Shown: piece by piece, positions 28,404-32,000 of the stretch
Layout of the letters: each line of letters opens with the position of its first letter
Position numbering within the stretch: the stretch's first letter is position 1
Assembly: GCF_003324675.1 (NCBI RefSeq)
Contig: NZ_CP030918.1
Location: 1,110,001-1,142,000 of the forward strand
Origin: Paracoccus suum
Lineage (GTDB): Bacteria > Pseudomonadota > Alphaproteobacteria > Rhodobacterales > Rhodobacteraceae
Direction of reading: 5' to 3'
Length of the DNA stretch: 32,000 nucleotides
The notes under the pieces: model-generated
Databases searched by the model: none
What the model was told of the DNA's origin: nothing
Seen by the model: the letters and a program-made list of their open reading frames with translations, nothing else
Made by a program: the position numbers and the translations under genes

Positions 28404-29552
28404 ATGACCGATCTGACTCTCCCGGCAACGCGGCCGGTCAATCCGCGTTTTTCGTCTGGTCCCTGCGCCAAGCTCCCCGGATATGCCCTGGACATGCTGT
28501 CGGATGCCCCCTTGGGCCGTTCGCACCGTGCTGCCGTTGGCAAGGCCCGGCTCAAGCGCGCCATCGACCAGACCCGCAAGGTTCTGAACATCCCGAACAC
28601 CCATCGCATCGGCATTGTCCCGGCCTCGGACACAGGCGCGGTCGAGATGGCGATGTGGTCGATGCTCGGCGCGCGCCCGGTGCAGATGCTGGCCTGGGAA
28701 AGCTTTGGCGAGGGCTGGGTTACCGACGCCGTCAAGCAACTGAAACTGGACGCCAAGGTCAGCAAGGCTGGCTATGGCGAGATCGTCGATTTCGCAGCCG
28801 TCGATTTCGACCGCGACGTGGTGTTCACCTGGAACGGCACCACCTCGGGCGTGCGGGTCGCGCCGGGGACCGAGATCCCTGCGAATCGCGCCGGACTGAC
28901 CATCTGCGATGCGACCTCGGCCGCGTTCGCGATGGATCTGCCCTGGGACCGTCTCGATGTGACGACCTTCAGCTGGCAGAAAGTGCTGGGCGGCGAGGGC
29001 GGTCATGGGATGCTGGTCCTCGGCCCCCGCGCGGTCGAGCGGCTGGAGAGCTATGTTCCCGACCGCCCCTTGCCCAAGATTTTCCGCATGACCAAGGGCG
29101 GCAAACTGATCGAAGGCATCTTCGAAGGCGAGACGATCAACACCCCCTCGATGCTGGCGGTTGAAGATTACTTGGTCGCGCTGGACTGGGCCGAGCGGAT
29201 TGGCGGTTTGCCGGCGCTCATTGCGCGGGCCGATGCCAACGCGGGGGCGGTGCGCGATTTCATCGCCGCGCGCGACTGGATCGCCGATCTGGCCGTCGAT
29301 CCGGCGACCGCCTCGACCACTTCGGTCTGCCTGCAGTTCACCGACCCGGCCATCAAGGACGGAGCCGCCTTTGCCAAGGCCGTCGCCAAGCGGCTGGAAA
29401 AAGAGGGCGTGGCCTTGGACATTGGCGCTTATCGCGATGCGCCCCCCGGGCTGCGGATCTGGTGCGGCTCGACCGTCGAGACGGCGGATGTCGCCGCGCT
29501 GATGCCTTGGGTCGAATGGGCCTATCGCAGCGAGCTTGCTGCGCAGGCCTGA
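28404..29552 (+). CDS. serC: Phosphoserine aminotransferase SerC (alphaproteobacterial short form)
   Basis: ATG 28404 follows ggaagg. Sequence reads [27 protein letters not shown]..., with the PLP-lysine context [14 protein letters not shown]. Divergent from serB and followed by serA. Confidence 0.88.
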   Translation: MTDLTLPATRPVNPRFSSGPCAKLPGYALDMLSDAPLGRSHRAAVGKARLKRAIDQTRKVLNIPNTHRIGIVPASDTGAVEMAMWSMLGARPVQMLAWESFGEGWVTDAVKQLKLDAKVSKAGYGEIVDFAAVDFDRDVVFTWNGTTSGVRVAPGTEIPANRAGLTICDATSAAFAMDLPWDRLDVTTFSWQKVLGGEGGHGMLVLGPRAVERLESYVPDRPLPKIFRMTKGGKLIEGIFEGETINTPSMLAVEDYLVALDWAERIGGLPALIARADANAGAVRDFIAARDWIADLAVDPATASTTSVCLQFTDPAIKDGAAFAKAVAKRLEKEGVALDIGAYRDAPPGLRIWCGSTVETADVAALMPWVEWAYRSELAAQA

Positions 29553-29645
29553 CCTCTGGATCGGGGCACCGCCCTCGGACCACTCGGATATTTTAATTCA
29601 GTTCAAGGGGCTGACGCTGCGCGCGCGCCCCGCAGGAGCAAGCCA

Positions 29646-31238
29646 ATGGCACCCAAGGTTCTCGTGTCCGATGCGCTGTCGGAAACCGCCGTCCAGATCT
29701 TTCGCGATCGCGGGGTCGAGGTCGACTACTTGCCCGATCTGGGCAAGGACAAGGAAAAGCTGGCCGAGGTGATCGGCAATTACGATGGCCTCGCCATCCG
29801 GTCTGCCACCAAGGCCACGGAAAAGCTGCTGGAAAGGGCCACCCGACTGAAGGTCATCGGGCGCGCGGGGATCGGGGTCGACAACGTCGATATTCCCGCC
29901 GCCTCCAAGCGCGGGGTGATCGTGATGAACACCCCGTTCGGCAACAGCGTCACCACCGCCGAGCATGCCATCGCGATGATGTTCGCCGTCGCCCGGCAAC
30001 TGCCCGAGGCGAGCGTCAGCACCCATGCCGGCAAATGGGAAAAGAACCGCTTCATGGGTGTCGAGCTGTTTAACAAGACGCTCGGCGTGATCGGCGCAGG
30101 CAATATCGGCGGAATCGTCATCGACCGGGCGCTGGGCCTGCACATGAAGGTGCTGGCCTATGACCCTTTCCTGTCCGAGGAACGCGCGGCCGAGATCGGC
30201 GCCAAGAAGGTCGAACTGGACGAGTTGCTGGCCAAGTCCGATTTCATCACCCTGCACGTCCCGCTGACCGACAAAACCCGCAATATCCTGTCGGCCGAGG
30301 CGATTGCGGGGACAAAACCCGGCGTGCGCATCATCAACTGCGCTCGCGGCGGGTTGGTGGACGAGGCCGCCTTGGCCGAGGCGCTGAAAAGCGGCCAGGT
30401 CGCCGGTGCCGCCTTTGACGTGTTCGCGACAGAGCCTGCGACAGAAAGCCCACTGTTCGGCCTGTCTAATGTCGTCGTGACCCCGCATCTTGGCGCCAGC
30501 ACCACCGAGGCGCAGGAGAATGTTGCCCTGCAAGTCGCCGAGCAGATGGCCGACTATCTGCTGACCGGGGCCGTCGCCAATGCCCTGAACATGCCCAGCG
30601 TCACCGCCGAAGAGGCCGCGGTCATGGGACCGTGGATCAAGCTGGCCGGGCATCTGGGCGGCTTTGTCGGGCAGATGACGGACGAGCCGATCAAGGCAAT
30701 CAACATCCTTTACGACGGGGTCGCCGCGGGGATGAACCTGCAGGCGCTGAACGCGGCGGTGATCGCGGGCGTCATGAAGGCCGCGAATCCGGATGTGAAC
30801 ATGGTCTCGGCCCCTGTCATCGCGAAGGAGCGCGGCATCCAGATCGCGACCACGACCCAGGACAAATCGGGCGTCTATGACGGCTACATCAAGGTGACGA
30901 TGGTGACCGGCGATCGCGAGCGCTCGATCGGCGGGACCGTCTTCAGCGACGGCAAGCCGCGTTTTGTGCAGATTCGCGGAATCAATGTGGACGCCGAAAT
31001 CGGCGCGCATATGATGTATACCAGAAACAAGGACTTGCCGGGTGTTATCGGCACGCTTGGCATGACCTTGGGGCGTCTGGGGGTGAACATGGCAAACTTC
31101 ACGCTGGGCCGCGCGGCAGCGGGCGGGGACGCGATCGCGATCACCTATCTGGATGAGCCCTTGCCCGAAGAGGTCCGCCAGGCGCTGCTCGAGACCGGCA
31201 AGTTCGAGCAGGTTCGTCCGTTGGCCTTCGAGGTGTGA
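29646..31238 (+). CDS. serA: D-3-phosphoglycerate dehydrogenase SerA (long form with ASB and ACT domains), 530 aa
   Basis: MAPKVLVSDALSE..., NAD-binding GVIGAGNIGG, catalytic region NCARGGLVDE...TPHLGAST, and a C-terminal regulatory extension. Confidence 0.93.
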   Translation: MAPKVLVSDALSETAVQIFRDRGVEVDYLPDLGKDKEKLAEVIGNYDGLAIRSATKATEKLLERATRLKVIGRAGIGVDNVDIPAASKRGVIVMNTPFGNSVTTAEHAIAMMFAVARQLPEASVSTHAGKWEKNRFMGVELFNKTLGVIGAGNIGGIVIDRALGLHMKVLAYDPFLSEERAAEIGAKKVELDELLAKSDFITLHVPLTDKTRNILSAEAIAGTKPGVRIINCARGGLVDEAALAEALKSGQVAGAAFDVFATEPATESPLFGLSNVVVTPHLGASTTEAQENVALQVAEQMADYLLTGAVANALNMPSVTAEEAAVMGPWIKLAGHLGGFVGQMTDEPIKAINILYDGVAAGMNLQALNAAVIAGVMKAANPDVNMVSAPVIAKERGIQIATTTQDKSGVYDGYIKVTMVTGDRERSIGGTVFSDGKPRFVQIRGINVDAEIGAHMMYTRNKDLPGVIGTLGMTLGRLGVNMANFTLGRAAAGGDAIAITYLDEPLPEEVRQALLETGKFEQVRPLAFEV

Positions 31239-31249
31239 CGGCAGGCCAG

Positions 31250-32000
31250 ATGCGGATCTATGCGCTCGGGGATATTCACGGCCAGGCGGAAGGCCTGGCC
31301 GTGGCCCATGCCCGGATCGCTGCGGACCGCGCCCGCTGCGGCGATACGGCAGCGCCGGTGGTCCATGTTGGCGATCTGATCGCAAAGGGGCCGGCCTCGC
31401 GCGAGGTGGTGCAGTTTCTGATGGACGGTCAGGCGCAAGGCCAGCCCTGGATCGTTCTGAAGGGCAATCACGAGCGCATGTTCAGCATCTTCCTCGACGA
31501 CCCCGAGGCGTGCGATCCGGGCAAGCGCAGCGCTGGCCGGTGGATCGATCCCGCCGGGGGAGGCGACGTCGTACTCGCCTCGTTCGGTGTCCCCGATGCC
31601 TCGACCCGCCCGTTGGCCGAGGTTCATACCGAGGCGCTGGCGCGCGTACCGCAAGCCACCCGCGACTGGCTGGCCCGCCTGCCGACCAGTTGGCTGTCAC
31701 CGCTGGCGCTATTCGTTCATGCCGGCATTCGCCCGGCGCTCGACCTGCAGGCGCAGGCCGAAACAGACATGCTGTGGATTCGCAAGCCGTTTCAAAGCGA
31801 TCTGCGCGACCATGGGGTGCTGGTCGTGCATGGTCATACGCCCGGCCGCCGAGTGCGGCACTTTGGCAATCGCGTCAATCTCGACACCGGGGCGGCCACC
31901 GGCGGACCGGTCTCGGCGGTACGAATCGATGCGGAGGGGGTCTGGCTGCTGACGGATGACGCACCACAGTGGCTCGGCCCGTCGCAGTCGCAGCGCCGTA
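31250..32000 (+). CDS. Metallophosphoesterase, Ser/Thr phosphatase/ApaH-like family; 3' end runs off the right edge
   Basis: Absent from the ORF track (no stop in the window). Hand translation from ATG 31250 gives MRIYALGDIHGQAEGL...VVHVGDLIAKGPASREVV...IVLKGNHERMF...LFVHAGIRP...LVVHGHTPG...NLDTGA. These are the full GDxHG / GDxxxxG / GNHE / HAG / GHT motif set, open to position 32000. Confidence 0.78.
   Translation, partial: MRIYALGDIHGQAEGLAVAHARIAADRARCGDTAAPVVHVGDLIAKGPASREVVQFLMDGQAQGQPWIVLKGNHERMFSIFLDDPEACDPGKRSAGRWIDPAGGGDVVLASFGVPDASTRPLAEVHTEALARVPQATRDWLARLPTSWLSPLALFVHAGIRPALDLQAQAETDMLWIRKPFQSDLRDHGVLVVHGHTPGRRVRHFGNRVNLDTGAATGGPVSAVRIDAEGVWLLTDDAPQWLGPSQSQRR

Noticed and set aside
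29553-29645. A hairpin-like GC stretch (GGGGC...GCGCGCGCCCC) between serC and serA as an attenuator or riboswitch.
   Set aside because: Only imperfect pairing is present, with no T-run and no resemblance to any riboswitch class I can recognise. It is most simply an intercistronic spacer carrying the serA SD (gcaggag).

Overview
High-G+C alphaproteobacterial (Rhodobacterales/Paracoccus-like) core chromosome around the replication-initiation cluster; genus cannot be assigned from this sequence alone. The window is almost fully coding. Left to right: ubiB' and ubiE (-), mutM, an enoyl-CoA hydratase, rpsT, a 508-bp non-coding spacer, dnaA-dnaN-recF-gyrB, and an Omp25/Omp31-like porin. Next is a four-gene minus-strand 'ligase-associated DNA damage response' operon (MBL exonuclease, ATP-dependent DNA ligase, Lhr-like DExH helicase, PdeM phosphoesterase), then a 31% G+C divergent control region. 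After that: a class-V PLP enzyme, a WYL/YafY regulator divergent from a GST, frameshifted rlmN plus ialB, an asparaginase-II family gene, hppD-Rieske-serine hydrolase with a divergent Lrp regulator, a TSUP permease coupled to serB, serC-serA, and an edge-truncated metallophosphatase. I found no rRNA, tRNA, CRISPR array, transposase, integrase or phage genes. I also found no gene set that looks like an unknown defence or mobile system, since every sizeable gap-free ORF has a recognisable family. Most worth a second look: (1) the translationally coupled repair operon and its AT-rich palindromic promoter, (2) a possible link between that operon and the nearby WYL regulator, (3) an apparent 1-nt frameshift that cuts off the catalytic C-terminus of rlmN, and (4) a GANTC-rich, repeat-bearing spacer upstream of dnaA. 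Two edge genes (ubiB, metallophosphatase) are missing from the supplied ORF track and were found by hand translation. All motif and coordinate statements come from reading the sequence by eye; no database search was run.
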